A stretch of DNA of 64,000 bases from Limnochordia bacterium (GTDB taxonomy: Bacteria; Bacillota; Limnochordia; DTU080; RSA5). A program made the translations under genes and the position numbers. Positions 1-9,789 of the stretch are shown here, piece after piece. Position 1 is the first letter of the stretch. Every line of letters starts with the position of its first letter. The stretch lies in NCBI GenBank assembly GCA_041686855.1, contig JAWLDA010000001.1, forward strand, positions 111,700 to 175,699, in the 5' to 3' direction. Below the pieces are notes generated by a model. It was not told the origin of the DNA. It worked only from the letters and a program-made list of their open reading frames with translations, and ran no database searches.

Positions 1-189
1 GGGGTCGTCATTCAAAATAATGTGATCTTTGAGGGACCGACGGGCGGCGCCATGGAGGGTCCGCTTGGAGATCCCGGGCCACTGCGCCTACAGGATCACC
101 GGGATGCTGTCCAATACCGCAATATCTGGCTGGTCCACCTTCCCGAGAAGGGTTCGGACGAGTACGAGCCGCGCTAGGAGGGACGACAG

Positions 190-1275
190 ATGAGCGTACG
201 AATTGGTTTCATCGGATCGGGCGGCAACGCCCGTGGTCATATGAACCGCCTAAAGAGCATTGAGAACGCCCAGCTTGTCGCCTTCGCAGATGTCCAAGAG
301 GAGGCTGCCAAGAGCGCAGCCGACGAATTCGGTTGCCGGGCGTTCACCGACGTGCGGCGCATGCTCGACGAAGCCGAGCTGGACGCAGTCTACGTGTGTA
401 TTCCTCCGTTTGCTCACGGTGACGCGGAGCGGGCGTGTCTAGAGCGGAGACTCCCAATGTACGTCGAGAAGCCCGTCCACCTTGACATTGGGGTGGCCCG
501 CGAGATTGCCGCCGAGATCGACCGGTTAGGGATCGTGACAACGTCGGGGTATCAGGAGCGCTACCTCGACATTATCGAACGCCTCAAAGCATTCCTCGTC
601 GACCACCCGGTCGGGCTCTGTATGGGATACTGGATGGGCGGTGTGGCGCGCCCAGCGTGGTGGCGGCGCAAGGCGATGTCTGGGGGACAGGCCGTCGAGC
701 AGACGACACACGTCTTTGATATGGCTCGCTACTTACTCGGTGACGTTCGCCAGGTACAGGCGGTTGCGCGCAAGGGCCTTGTAACCGAGTTTGAAGGGTA
801 CGACATCGAAGACGCATCGGCCGCCAATCTCGTCTTTGAGAGTGGCGTAATCGGTACGATCTTCTCCGGCTGCTTCCTCAACGTCAAGCAGGAGATTCCG
901 GCGGGCCTCGACCTCTACTGTCCGGACGCTGTGCTCAAGTATCGGCGCCGCAAGTCCGTCCTTGTCGCGAGTGCGGACGGCACCCAGGAGTGGGTGAATG
1001 AGAATGACTACGCCACCGATGCGGACCGGGCGTTCGTCAATGCCGTCGCAGCCAAGGATCCCTCCAAAGTGCGCTGCTCGTACGCCGACGCCGTGCGATC
1101 GCTCGAGGTGAGCCTCGCCGTCAACCGCTCGCTTGAGACGGGTGAGACGGTCGAGCTACCCTTACCGGCAGGCAGGAGCGGCGAAGCGGCCTCGCAGTAC
1201 GTGATTGGTCGCGCCGACGCCGCGGCAATGACGCATTCCGTCGGAGTCGGCGCTCTCATGGTATGTGCCGCGTGA
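190..1275 (+). CDS. Gfo/Idh/MocA family NAD(P)-dependent oxidoreductase
   Basis: N-terminal Rossmann motif IGFIGSGGNARGH; the EKP motif (YVEKPV) is typical of the family. ATG is preceded by GGAGGGACGACAG. Confidence 0.9.
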   Translation: MSVRIGFIGSGGNARGHMNRLKSIENAQLVAFADVQEEAAKSAADEFGCRAFTDVRRMLDEAELDAVYVCIPPFAHGDAERACLERRLPMYVEKPVHLDIGVAREIAAEIDRLGIVTTSGYQERYLDIIERLKAFLVDHPVGLCMGYWMGGVARPAWWRRKAMSGGQAVEQTTHVFDMARYLLGDVRQVQAVARKGLVTEFEGYDIEDASAANLVFESGVIGTIFSGCFLNVKQEIPAGLDLYCPDAVLKYRRRKSVLVASADGTQEWVNENDYATDADRAFVNAVAAKDPSKVRCSYADAVRSLEVSLAVNRSLETGETVELPLPAGRSGEAASQYVIGRADAAAMTHSVGVGALMVCAA

Positions 1276-2340
1276 TCACGCGGAACGGGTCGCTCCGTTT
1301 TCGTGTGTTGCCGCCAGGGCCGTCTGTACAAAGGGCCAGACGTCTTTCTTGTAGTAGCGGTGCCCTCCTTCTCCGATACTGAGGCCGCACTGGTCCTGTG
1401 CGCCAAAGAGTTTGTAAACCTGTTGGAGGCGCTGGAAGGCGTACTGAGTGGCGTGCACGGGGAAGATGCGGTCCTCTCGACCGGTGACCGCGAGGAACGG
1501 CCTGGGAGCAATGAGACCGGCCACGTCCCACATCTCCGCGATGCGACCCAATCCCGGGACGTAGTTGCAGGCGCAGTGACGGATGGCGAGGATTGAGTCT
1601 TTGAACGTACAAAAGTAGCTACCCGGAACAGCGACCCGGATACGTTCGTCCATTGCGGCAGAGAAGAGGGTGACCGTACCGCCACCAGAGTTGCCGGTGA
1701 TGACGATCCGGTCGGGGTCGACGTCGTCTCGCTGTGTCGCCCAGTCGATCAAACGCTGGATGTCCCATACTCGATCACCGATCAACGTACGACCAAACAT
1801 GTAAGCCCGCAATTGGAGCGTCTGGCACGAATTGTTGGCGTCTTTCTCAATATCGTCTTGGAGCCTAAGCGACGCAAAGCCGCGCATGTCGGGTGCGATG
1901 GCGATGTAACCAGCGCGGACGGCCTGCAAGGCGATGTCACGCTCACCCTCTTCCATCTGTTGGCGGTCGCTCTCCGACTCGCTGATGCCTACGTAGGTCT
2001 TTTTGCCCAGCTTCCCGTGACCATGAGGGGTCAAGACAAGAGGGAGCCGGTGATTGGGGGCCTCTATGGGACGCAGTAGGTAAAAGGGGAGATGAAAGCC
2101 GGGCTCGGTCTCGAGGCGCCACTCCTCACGAATGTGATCGGTTTGCGGCTCCGTAGAGATCTTTGTCGCGGTTAGCGGTGGTGTTCCTCGGGACGCGATC
2201 ACCGGCAGTCCGAGGAGGCGGCCGAGCTCGCTGCGGAACGACTGTTGCCAGCGCTTAGCTTCGTCGACGTCTTGAGCACGAAAGGCGAAGTGCGGGTAGG
2301 TCTCGGCGCCGAGTTGCGCTGAGTAGGTATCGGAGTTCAT
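1276..2340 (-). CDS. alpha/beta hydrolase, acetyl-xylan-esterase (AXE1)-like serine esterase
   Basis: GNSGGG nucleophile elbow and HCACNYVPG...IAPRPFL segment. Start is taken at the internal Met (MNSDTYS) with GGAGG 8 bp upstream. The longer ORF start would overlap the AraC gene by 77 bp. Confidence 0.75.
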   Translation of the reverse strand: MNSDTYSAQLGAETYPHFAFRAQDVDEAKRWQQSFRSELGRLLGLPVIASRGTPPLTATKISTEPQTDHIREEWRLETEPGFHLPFYLLRPIEAPNHRLPLVLTPHGHGKLGKKTYVGISESESDRQQMEEGERDIALQAVRAGYIAIAPDMRGFASLRLQDDIEKDANNSCQTLQLRAYMFGRTLIGDRVWDIQRLIDWATQRDDVDPDRIVITGNSGGGTVTLFSAAMDERIRVAVPGSYFCTFKDSILAIRHCACNYVPGLGRIAEMWDVAGLIAPRPFLAVTGREDRIFPVHATQYAFQRLQQVYKLFGAQDQCGLSIGEGGHRYYKKDVWPFVQTALAATHENGATRSA

Positions 2341-2365
2341 CGTGAAATCCTCCAGTCTGTAGGCC

Positions 2366-3172
2366 TTATAAATTTGGAAATGACTCTCTGTACTCGCGGG
2401 GGGAGAATCCGACCACCCGCTGGAAGGCGCGCTCAAACCCACGTAGACTTGAGAAGCCTACCGCGTATCCCACCTCCTTAATGGCGAGTGATTCTTGCAA
2501 GAGTTTGCAGGCTGTGTCGATACGGAGCTTGAGCCAGTACTGATGGGGCCCGCAACCCACATGCTCTTGAAAGAGCCGGTGGAGTTGGCGCTTGCTGACG
2601 TAAAAGCGGCGAGAGAGTTGGTCGATGGAATCGGTCTGGTCCGGTCGGCTTTTCATATAGTCAATGATCTCACGGACGACGGGAGGATGCTGTGCCGGGT
2701 GATCGTGGTCCGCGCCGTAAATTTCGCTTAGGATCACCGTCAGGAGAGCCTTGGCCGTCTCTGTGCTCACACTCTCCGGCCTGCTCAACGTGCGCGCCGA
2801 CCATAAGATGCGCTCCACGGACTCGCTTGAGAGGTTTGGAATCCACCCGCCGCCACTCTCCTGTACTTTCCGTTCCACGCTGCTTGCCAGATCGTAGGCG
2901 ACGTGAGGCATAAAATGCACCGCTGTGCGCACCCACTCGCGTTGGTCGGGACGAGTGATGTGCGGCAACTCGGCAGCAATCACCGCGGCTTGACCCGGCG
3001 CAACGTGACCCTGCCAATCTCCTGAGTAAATCTCTACACTGCCAGAGTGGACTAAAAGAATCTCTATGCCTCCATGGCGGTGGCCGTATGGATAATTTCC
3101 CGGACTAGGCTGGGTGTTTACAATATATCCACGCTGGTCCAATTGACGCTGGGTCTTGGCGCAGTGTCTCAT
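2366..3172 (-). CDS. AraC family transcriptional regulator (N-terminal cupin sensor plus C-terminal HTH)
   Basis: Cupin-like HRHGGIEILLVHSGSVEI segment. C-terminal AraC HTH (IDQLSRRFYVSKRQLHRLFQEHVG...SPREYR). Confidence 0.85.
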   Translation of the reverse strand: MRHCAKTQRQLDQRGYIVNTQPSPGNYPYGHRHGGIEILLVHSGSVEIYSGDWQGHVAPGQAAVIAAELPHITRPDQREWVRTAVHFMPHVAYDLASSVERKVQESGGGWIPNLSSESVERILWSARTLSRPESVSTETAKALLTVILSEIYGADHDHPAQHPPVVREIIDYMKSRPDQTDSIDQLSRRFYVSKRQLHRLFQEHVGCGPHQYWLKLRIDTACKLLQESLAIKEVGYAVGFSSLRGFERAFQRVVGFSPREYRESFPNL

Positions 3173-3422
3173 CGGTCTGGGGCCCCCTTTACCATGTGCT
3201 GCAACTCCAATCCCGACGATTGACTGCCATTTACCTCACTTGAGATTAATCCGACGTCTTACAAAAAACTCCTTGGTAAATGCCTGGGGTCCAGCCTGAT
3301 TCTCTTGGCACGATCGGTCGCGCGCGTGGCATTTTTGTACCAATGAATGACCGCAAAGATAGGGAAAAATGCAGCAAGCGGCAATAAGTTTAGTATTCAA
3401 CATTAGAGTGGAGGCAAGAACG

Positions 3423-4724
3423 ATGAGGGGTAAAGCGCACCAATCGCTGAGAAAATCTATGGCGCTGACTGTCGTTGCGGTGGTAACGTTGCTGTGTGCT
3501 TCGTTCAGCTGGGCTGCTGAGCCAGTTACGTTGCAGGTCCTGGTGCACGGCAGCTCGGGCACCGACTACTGGAACCGCACCCGTACATTCTTTGACGGGT
3601 TCGAAGAGCTCAACCCGGACATCAAGATTGAGATGACGCCGAGCCCGGCCTCGAACCCGGCCGAAGGATTGGCGGTCCGTGTGGCTGGCGGAATCTCTCC
3701 GGACTTGGTCCGCCTCTGGGGGGTCCCCGAGGTCGCGAAGGCCGGATTAATTCAAGACATCACCGATCGGTTTGAGCGACTCCCAAGTGATGTGCGCTCC
3801 GACTTTTGGCCGGTGCTCATCGATGGCACCTTGAGCTGGAACGGGAAGCTCTACGCGCTCCCCTTGGGTACCGCGGTGAGCAGCTACTTCTACAACAAGC
3901 GGCTCTTCAACGAGAGTGGTGTCCCCTTCCCAACCGCTGATTGGAGTTGGGAACAGGAAGGGACGCAAGAGATTCCCCGTATGACCCGCGATCAAAACGG
4001 CGATGGGACGCCGGAGACATGGGGGATTGTCCGCATCGACGGCGGATTGGGACGTGAGACGTATCACTTTAGCTACGCCGCAGGCGGCGGCCCTCTGTTC
4101 AGTCAAGACGGGACCAAGTTTCTCGGCAACTCTGATGCCGTGAAGGACGCTCTACAGTTTATTCACGACCTGGCGCACGTCCATCAGGCGATGCCGGCAC
4201 AGGGCACCGGTTGGACCAACTTTGGCGAGCAGACTGCTGCATCGATGATGTGGGGCAGCTTCATGTTTGGATTCATGCAGCGTTTCCCGGATCTGGATTG
4301 GGATATCTCGTACACCCCCACGTTCCAGGGAGGTCGGGCGACCAACATCTGGCCCGAAACCCCGTACGCGATCCCCGTCGGCGCGAAACATCCAGATGAA
4401 GCCTGGAGAGTGCTCGAGTTCATCGCCAGTGTGGAAGGGCAAACCCTGGCCATGGAGCTGGGATGGGGTATTCCTCCGGCTAGGCGCAGTGTCGCACTCT
4501 CGGCCTTCCTCGATGCCAACGCTGACGTAAACATTCCGGCCATGATCGATATGATCAACACACCCGCGACACAGGTGTTGCCCGAACACGTTCCCCAGGA
4601 TATCCGGACGTACTACTATAACAATGTGATCAAGCCGGTGGCCACCGGGGAGAAGAGCGCAGTGCAGGCGCTCGACGAGGCGAGCCCAGTCATCCAGAGT
4701 ATGCTCGACGAGTGGAACGAGTAG
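3423..4724 (+). CDS. ABC transporter substrate-binding protein (carbohydrate, family 1), orphan
   Basis: Signal peptide MRGKAHQ...SFSWAAEP. Typical SBP segments (WNGKLYALP, YYNKRLF). Start chosen at Met19 with GGAGG 8 bp upstream. No permease genes adjacent. Confidence 0.85.
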   Translation: MRGKAHQSLRKSMALTVVAVVTLLCASFSWAAEPVTLQVLVHGSSGTDYWNRTRTFFDGFEELNPDIKIEMTPSPASNPAEGLAVRVAGGISPDLVRLWGVPEVAKAGLIQDITDRFERLPSDVRSDFWPVLIDGTLSWNGKLYALPLGTAVSSYFYNKRLFNESGVPFPTADWSWEQEGTQEIPRMTRDQNGDGTPETWGIVRIDGGLGRETYHFSYAAGGGPLFSQDGTKFLGNSDAVKDALQFIHDLAHVHQAMPAQGTGWTNFGEQTAASMMWGSFMFGFMQRFPDLDWDISYTPTFQGGRATNIWPETPYAIPVGAKHPDEAWRVLEFIASVEGQTLAMELGWGIPPARRSVALSAFLDANADVNIPAMIDMINTPATQVLPEHVPQDIRTYYYNNVIKPVATGEKSAVQALDEASPVIQSMLDEWNE

Positions 4725-4784
4725 GAACGAGTAGCGTTCACAGCCCGTTTGAGCGCGTCACGACAACAGGTGAGTTAGGAGCGC

Positions 4785-4811
4785 GGGGCGACCTCTCGTT
4801 TAGGTCGCCCC
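4785..4811 (+). terminator. GC-rich hairpin (GGGGCGACC-N10-GGTCGCCCC) after the SBP gene
   Basis: Perfect 9-bp inverted repeat seen in sequence. No U-tract, so rho-independent function is uncertain. Confidence 0.35.
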
Positions 4812-4832
4812 CGTCATTAGGAGGAGATTCAG

Positions 4833-6830
4833 ATGCCGAGGGAGCTAGGAACTGCAGCCGGTTACGCCTTTCAGCAATGGCTACGCAACCAGGTGCGTAG
4901 CGAGACGTGCGCACCCGCATTTCCTCAAACCAAGGACGAAGTCGCAGAGTACCGACGAAAGGTCCGCAGTATCTTGGAGGAAGCCGCCGGGCCCACGCCC
5001 GACTACGATCCCCTTGAGGCGGAGATTCACCAAGTGCATCAACGGGACGGGTACCGGATCGAAGCGGTCAGTTTCCCGACCTTCGGTGGACTGCGGATGA
5101 CGGCTACCGCATTTGTCCCTGAGACAGACGCGCCTGTACCCGGTGTCTTGGCCGTGCACGGACACTCCAAACATGGACGGCGCGACGCCCGCAACCAACA
5201 GCGGTGTGCCGCTTTGGCTAAAGCGGGGTATTTTACGCTTGCAGTCGATGCAGTGGGGAACGGCGAACGCAGTCTCGAGCTCCCTGGCTCCTACCACGGC
5301 GGTCATCTTGCGGGGGCTCTTTGGCTCACGGGATACTCCGTCTTTGGAATTCAAATTCACGAGAACTTCCGCGCTTGTGACTACCTCGCCTCGCGACCTG
5401 AAGTGGACGAGACGCGCCTTGCCATCTCAGGAGCCTCGGGCGGAGGCAACCAGAGCTTTTACTCGGGGGCGTGGGACGGGCGTTTCACCGCGGTTGTCCC
5501 TGTCTGTTCGATGGGGGCGTATCGCAAGTTTGTGGGATCGTTTAATTGCATGTGTGAGACTCCGTTTGGGATCGCCGGGAAGTTGGAACAGTTTGACGTG
5601 ATGGCGGCGATCGCGCCCCGAGCGCTGTTGGTTATGAGCGCGCGAGTGGATAACGTGAGCTTTCGGTACGAGGATGCCCAAGCCAACACCGAGCAGGCGA
5701 GCCGGCTTTGGGAGCTGTTTGGAGAGCGGGAGCGTGTGCGCTTTGAGTCGCTTCCTGTCTCGCACGGTTACCCCAAAGAGGCGCGTGAGGCGTGTTTAGG
5801 CTGGTTTAATCGGTGGTTAAAAGACGGAGAAGAGAGCGCCCCCATCCAAGAGATGGAGGTGCCGGTCGAAGATTACGCGACGCTGTCGTGCTATCCCACG
5901 GCAGCGACGGCGCAAGTGATGACGCTTCCGGCTTTCTTTGCCCGGAGACGGGACGAGGTTTCCCCCTCGGCTGTTGATCTCGGCATGGATGATGTACGCC
6001 GCGTCTTTGGACCGAGTCGCGAGATCTCCCTCGAGATGGAGACCATCGATCGCCTGCCCAACCTGGCAGAAGATCTCGCCGGGGCTCTGCGTGTCTACGA
6101 AAGTCCGGAAGGGGAATTGATCCCCGTCTCCGTGTACTGGCCGGATTTCACCAGCACGACCGAGCGGGTCCTTATGATGGTAGGCGATCGAAAGGAAGAT
6201 ATGGTGAAATCGCCTCTGGCAAAAGAGGCGTTGCGTACGGGGAGCACGCTCTGGGCGGTTGATCTGCCGGGTCTCGGCGAGGCGCGGTTACCGGGAGAGG
6301 TAACGGAGTACGTTGAGAATCTCCTCGGTTTGCACGGTTGCAGCAGCGCTGTGAGAGCGTGTCAACTCCTCGGGTTCCCCCTGGCCGGGTACTGGGTCTC
6401 GTTGTTGCAATCGTTGGCTCGCCACGTCCCCGAAGGGGTTGAGTCCGTGCGCCTCGCTGCCTCCGGCGGGCCTGCGACCACCGTTTTGACAGCAGCTTCT
6501 TTGCTCGATGGGTTTGAGACGATCACTGTCACACACCCATTGGTCACGTATCGGCGTGACGATCGATTCACGGGAATCCCGTTTGAAGCGTTGATTCCCA
6601 ACCTCCTAAAGGTGGGGGACATTCCCGATTTCGTGGCGGTGGCGGCGCCGAAACCTCTGACAGTTGTGGCGCCACTCGCCTCCGACGGGAGTCCTATTCC
6701 TGTGAACGAGGCGCATCGGATCCTGGAGCCGGTGGCTGCGCGGTACAAACAGCTTGGCCGGCCTCAGGCCTTTCACGTAGTCGGTGACGGAGAAGCGTCA
6801 GTGAGCCCGCTGCTCAACTTGGCTCACTAA
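4833..6830 (+). CDS. alpha/beta hydrolase, AXE1-like esterase with ~300-aa C-terminal extension
   Basis: GASGGG nucleophile motif. CMCETPFGIAG...IAPRALL is paralogous to the 1276-2340 protein. GGAGG 7 bp before ATG. The C-terminal 300 aa has no motif I recognise. Confidence 0.75.
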   Translation: MPRELGTAAGYAFQQWLRNQVRSETCAPAFPQTKDEVAEYRRKVRSILEEAAGPTPDYDPLEAEIHQVHQRDGYRIEAVSFPTFGGLRMTATAFVPETDAPVPGVLAVHGHSKHGRRDARNQQRCAALAKAGYFTLAVDAVGNGERSLELPGSYHGGHLAGALWLTGYSVFGIQIHENFRACDYLASRPEVDETRLAISGASGGGNQSFYSGAWDGRFTAVVPVCSMGAYRKFVGSFNCMCETPFGIAGKLEQFDVMAAIAPRALLVMSARVDNVSFRYEDAQANTEQASRLWELFGERERVRFESLPVSHGYPKEAREACLGWFNRWLKDGEESAPIQEMEVPVEDYATLSCYPTAATAQVMTLPAFFARRRDEVSPSAVDLGMDDVRRVFGPSREISLEMETIDRLPNLAEDLAGALRVYESPEGELIPVSVYWPDFTSTTERVLMMVGDRKEDMVKSPLAKEALRTGSTLWAVDLPGLGEARLPGEVTEYVENLLGLHGCSSAVRACQLLGFPLAGYWVSLLQSLARHVPEGVESVRLAASGGPATTVLTAASLLDGFETITVTHPLVTYRRDDRFTGIPFEALIPNLLKVGDIPDFVAVAAPKPLTVVAPLASDGSPIPVNEAHRILEPVAARYKQLGRPQAFHVVGDGEASVSPLLNLAH

Positions 6831-9195
6831 GGGCCCTAGTGCCTTTGGCATGGCGTTCGAGCCATGTGTGCATCTCCCAAAGCATGTGCTTGACGGATTC
6901 TCGGGCTCGGTAGTGGTGGCTCTCATGCGGTAGCATGACGAGTCGAGCGGTCACGCCGAGCCCTTTTAGCGCGTTGTAAAAGCGTTCACTTTGCATGGGA
7001 AAGGTGCCGGCGTTGTCGTCGGCGTCGCCATGGATCAAGAGGAGTGGCGCGGAAATTTTGTCGGCGTGAACAAACGCGGACATCGCAAAGTAGACGTCGG
7101 GCGCTTCCCACAAGGTGCGCTCCTCGGACTGAAAGCCAAATGGCGTCAGCGTCCGGTTATACGCCCCGCTACGAGCGATTCCCGCACAAAATAGGTCGGT
7201 GTGGGCGAGCAAATTGGCCGTCATGAAGCCACCGTAGGAGTGACCACCGACCGCAATCCGGTCCGGGTGGGCGACGCCACGTCGCACGACCTCGTCAACA
7301 GCGGCTTGCGCACTCGCCGCCAACTGCTGGACGTATGTATCATTCGCCTCTTGCTCTCCCACTCCGATGATCGGCATGGAGGGACCGTCGAGGACAGCGT
7401 ACCCGGCCATAAGCATGTACAGCGGCGAGGCCCATGAGAGGCGGACAAAGCGGTACGGAGACTCCCGCACTTGACCGGCGGCGTCGGCGTTTTTAAACTC
7501 GCGCGGATACGCCCACAAAAGCAGGGGGCGCGGTGGATCGCCTGGTTTCGCCCCTGGTGGGAGGTAGAGCGTAGCAGTCAACTCGACGCCGTCAGCACGC
7601 TGGTAGCGGAGTAACTCCTTGTGCACCTGGGCGAGTTGCGGTGTCGGATGCTCAAAACGCGTCAATCGTCGCTTGGCTCCGGTGGCCAACTCTCTAAGTA
7701 CGGCGTTGGGCGGCTCGGAGACGGACTCCTGTGACGTGAGCAAGATTCCCCGCGTCGGATCGATAAGTCGGATCGGACGTTCGTAGTGCGGTGGTTGGGA
7801 CTGCCACAGTCGTTGGGTACTTTGGGTTGCCGTGTCAAAGCGATCGAGGAACGGACGGTCACCCTCGGGCGAGGCCCCAGCGCCGACGAGGAACAAGCTT
7901 TGGCCACCGTCCGCAGAGAGGAGGACTCGTGTGCCGCGCTCGGTACGGCGCATGAGAAACGTGCCCGGATCGTTGTATCGGTCCTCGAACGAGCGATCAA
8001 ACCAGAGCGCGGCGCCACGCTCTGGCGCGCTCGGGTCGATGTGCCAGGTGCGAATCCGCCGCTCTCTCCACCACCGTTCGTGGACCACCATCAGCGAGTC
8101 GTCCCCGCATTGAATGCCTGCGAAGCGCAGTTCGAGGGAGGTGAGGAGCTGCGGTTCGCCCTCAAAGGGAGCACCCAGTGAAAAAAGCCGGTCCCGGATG
8201 GGCGCGTTGACGCGGGGATCGCCGCCGTCTTGCGCCTCTGTCCACAGTAACGTAGCGTCAGCGTCACTACGCCACATGACATGGCGCGGTCCCTGCGGCA
8301 CGGCGTCGACGCCTATAGGGATCTCTTCCGCCAAGGGCAGCTCCGCCAGTCGGCGTACCGGCCGGCCGGTGCGATCCAACACCTCGAGGGTGTGAGGAAA
8401 GCGGTACCAGGGAACCAGGTACGAGAACGGACGATTCACCCTGTCCACTAGGATGAAGCGACCATCAGGCGATGATTCCGTACGCCGTATGAGTCCCGTG
8501 CATCCCAATCTGTCGATTCCTCCGTCAAGGGCCACTCGAACCAACTCGGAGGTCGCGTAATACGCAAAGAGCTCTTCGTCGTATGGGTTCTTAAGGAGAT
8601 CCTGATAGGTGCGAGCCGGCGCGGCTCCCGCTCGTGTCTCCTGAATGATCGGTCCGGTGGGGATTTGGGGCGGGCGCGGCGGTTCACCACGACCTGGAGG
8701 AATTGCAAGAGCCAGCAAGGCTTGGCCATCTGGCTCCCATACAAACGGTGTGCCCAAAAGGGAGTTGAGTCGGGAGCAGCACTGCAGTGCCTCAGCGGTC
8801 TGCGTCTCGATAATCCAGAGCGAGAGCGATTCGTCGTGGAGAACGCCGCAAGCGAAGTGCTTGCCGTCCGGAGACCATCGGAGCCAATCGATTGAGGCGC
8901 CGGTGGGGAGAGCGCCGATAGGTCGAGCCTCTCCCGTAGGGATGTGAAGGAGCGTGAGGCGCGTGTATGGATGGGACCGTTCAACGCAGTTGGTGCCCGG
9001 ATCGAAGCGGATCCCAGCCAGCCTTAGTTGAGACCGAGCCTGTTCGGCAATCGAGACAAGCGCCTCGCGCTCTTTGAGCAACAGCCAAACGCCCGTGGGG
9101 TCTGCCTCAAATTCTGGTGGCGGCGGCGCGTCGACGACCTCGGCAATCTCTGCGGGCGGAACCCGATAGCATTGCTCATCTCCGGAAGATGTCAT
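6814..9195 (-). CDS. S9 family serine peptidase (prolyl-oligopeptidase/acylaminoacyl-peptidase-like) with N-terminal beta-propeller
   Basis: C-terminal catalytic domain GGHSYGGFM...LLIHGDADDN...HESHH (Ser-Asp-His). Long N-terminal WD/TolB-like region. The 3' end overlaps the convergent esterase by 17 bp. Confidence 0.85.
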   Translation of the reverse strand: MTSSGDEQCYRVPPAEIAEVVDAPPPPEFEADPTGVWLLLKEREALVSIAEQARSQLRLAGIRFDPGTNCVERSHPYTRLTLLHIPTGEARPIGALPTGASIDWLRWSPDGKHFACGVLHDESLSLWIIETQTAEALQCCSRLNSLLGTPFVWEPDGQALLALAIPPGRGEPPRPPQIPTGPIIQETRAGAAPARTYQDLLKNPYDEELFAYYATSELVRVALDGGIDRLGCTGLIRRTESSPDGRFILVDRVNRPFSYLVPWYRFPHTLEVLDRTGRPVRRLAELPLAEEIPIGVDAVPQGPRHVMWRSDADATLLWTEAQDGGDPRVNAPIRDRLFSLGAPFEGEPQLLTSLELRFAGIQCGDDSLMVVHERWWRERRIRTWHIDPSAPERGAALWFDRSFEDRYNDPGTFLMRRTERGTRVLLSADGGQSLFLVGAGASPEGDRPFLDRFDTATQSTQRLWQSQPPHYERPIRLIDPTRGILLTSQESVSEPPNAVLRELATGAKRRLTRFEHPTPQLAQVHKELLRYQRADGVELTATLYLPPGAKPGDPPRPLLLWAYPREFKNADAAGQVRESPYRFVRLSWASPLYMLMAGYAVLDGPSMPIIGVGEQEANDTYVQQLAASAQAAVDEVVRRGVAHPDRIAVGGHSYGGFMTANLLAHTDLFCAGIARSGAYNRTLTPFGFQSEERTLWEAPDVYFAMSAFVHADKISAPLLLIHGDADDNAGTFPMQSERFYNALKGLGVTARLVMLPHESHHYRARESVKHMLWEMHTWLERHAKGTRALSEPS

Positions 9196-9283
9196 CTCCT
9201 CGTCTCACCCTTCGTTAGTCTCTAGGTTTCGGTCGTTCACCTTTTTCTCTTAAAGGATCTCGGATTACTCCCTTGAGTGAACG

Positions 9284-9709
9284 TCATAATCCAGTAGCGT
9301 CGAAAAGGATCTGTGTGCTGGTGTAAACGATAAGCGTGAGACAAAACTGAGCCGTCTGGAGGGACGCGATTCGGTATTGCCAGTCGAGGCGATGTAGGTT
9401 GGGCGTGCCGTTGATGTAGGCTGCAACTCCCCAGATCAATGCTGCGGGGGCCAAACTCATTCTTGCGATGTCAATCGTCGAAGTGAATCGTGCCAACTGG
9501 AGATTTGCCCAGCTGAATTCGTTAACGGGAGAAATCACTAGTAATGTTGCTGCACAGGTGATGGTGTTCACGAGAATAAGGTCCAAGTTGATGGAGAGCC
9601 AGTCGAGGATTCCTCGACCAGAACGGCGGCCTGTCATGGCGACCATGGCACTGGCAACAATCAACCCTAACCTCAATGAAACTGCGAAGTGGTCGATATC
9701 GATCTCCAA
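9284..9709 (-). CDS. hypothetical 4-TM membrane protein (possible immunity/partner protein)
   Basis: Four hydrophobic segments. TTG start with GGAGGGGG 6 bp upstream. Lies 80 bp downstream of the glycine-zipper secreted protein on the same strand. Local GC is lower than the flanks. Confidence 0.5.
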   Translation of the reverse strand: MEIDIDHFAVSLRLGLIVASAMVAMTGRRSGRGILDWLSINLDLILVNTITCAATLLVISPVNEFSWANLQLARFTSTIDIARMSLAPAALIWGVAAYINGTPNLHRLDWQYRIASLQTAQFCLTLIVYTSTQILFDATGL

Positions 9710-9789
9710 TCGGCCCCCTCCAACCGTATGGCGGTACGTAACAAACGTACCGCCAGGGAATCATCTCGGCTGCCCCGAGGTGGGGGATG

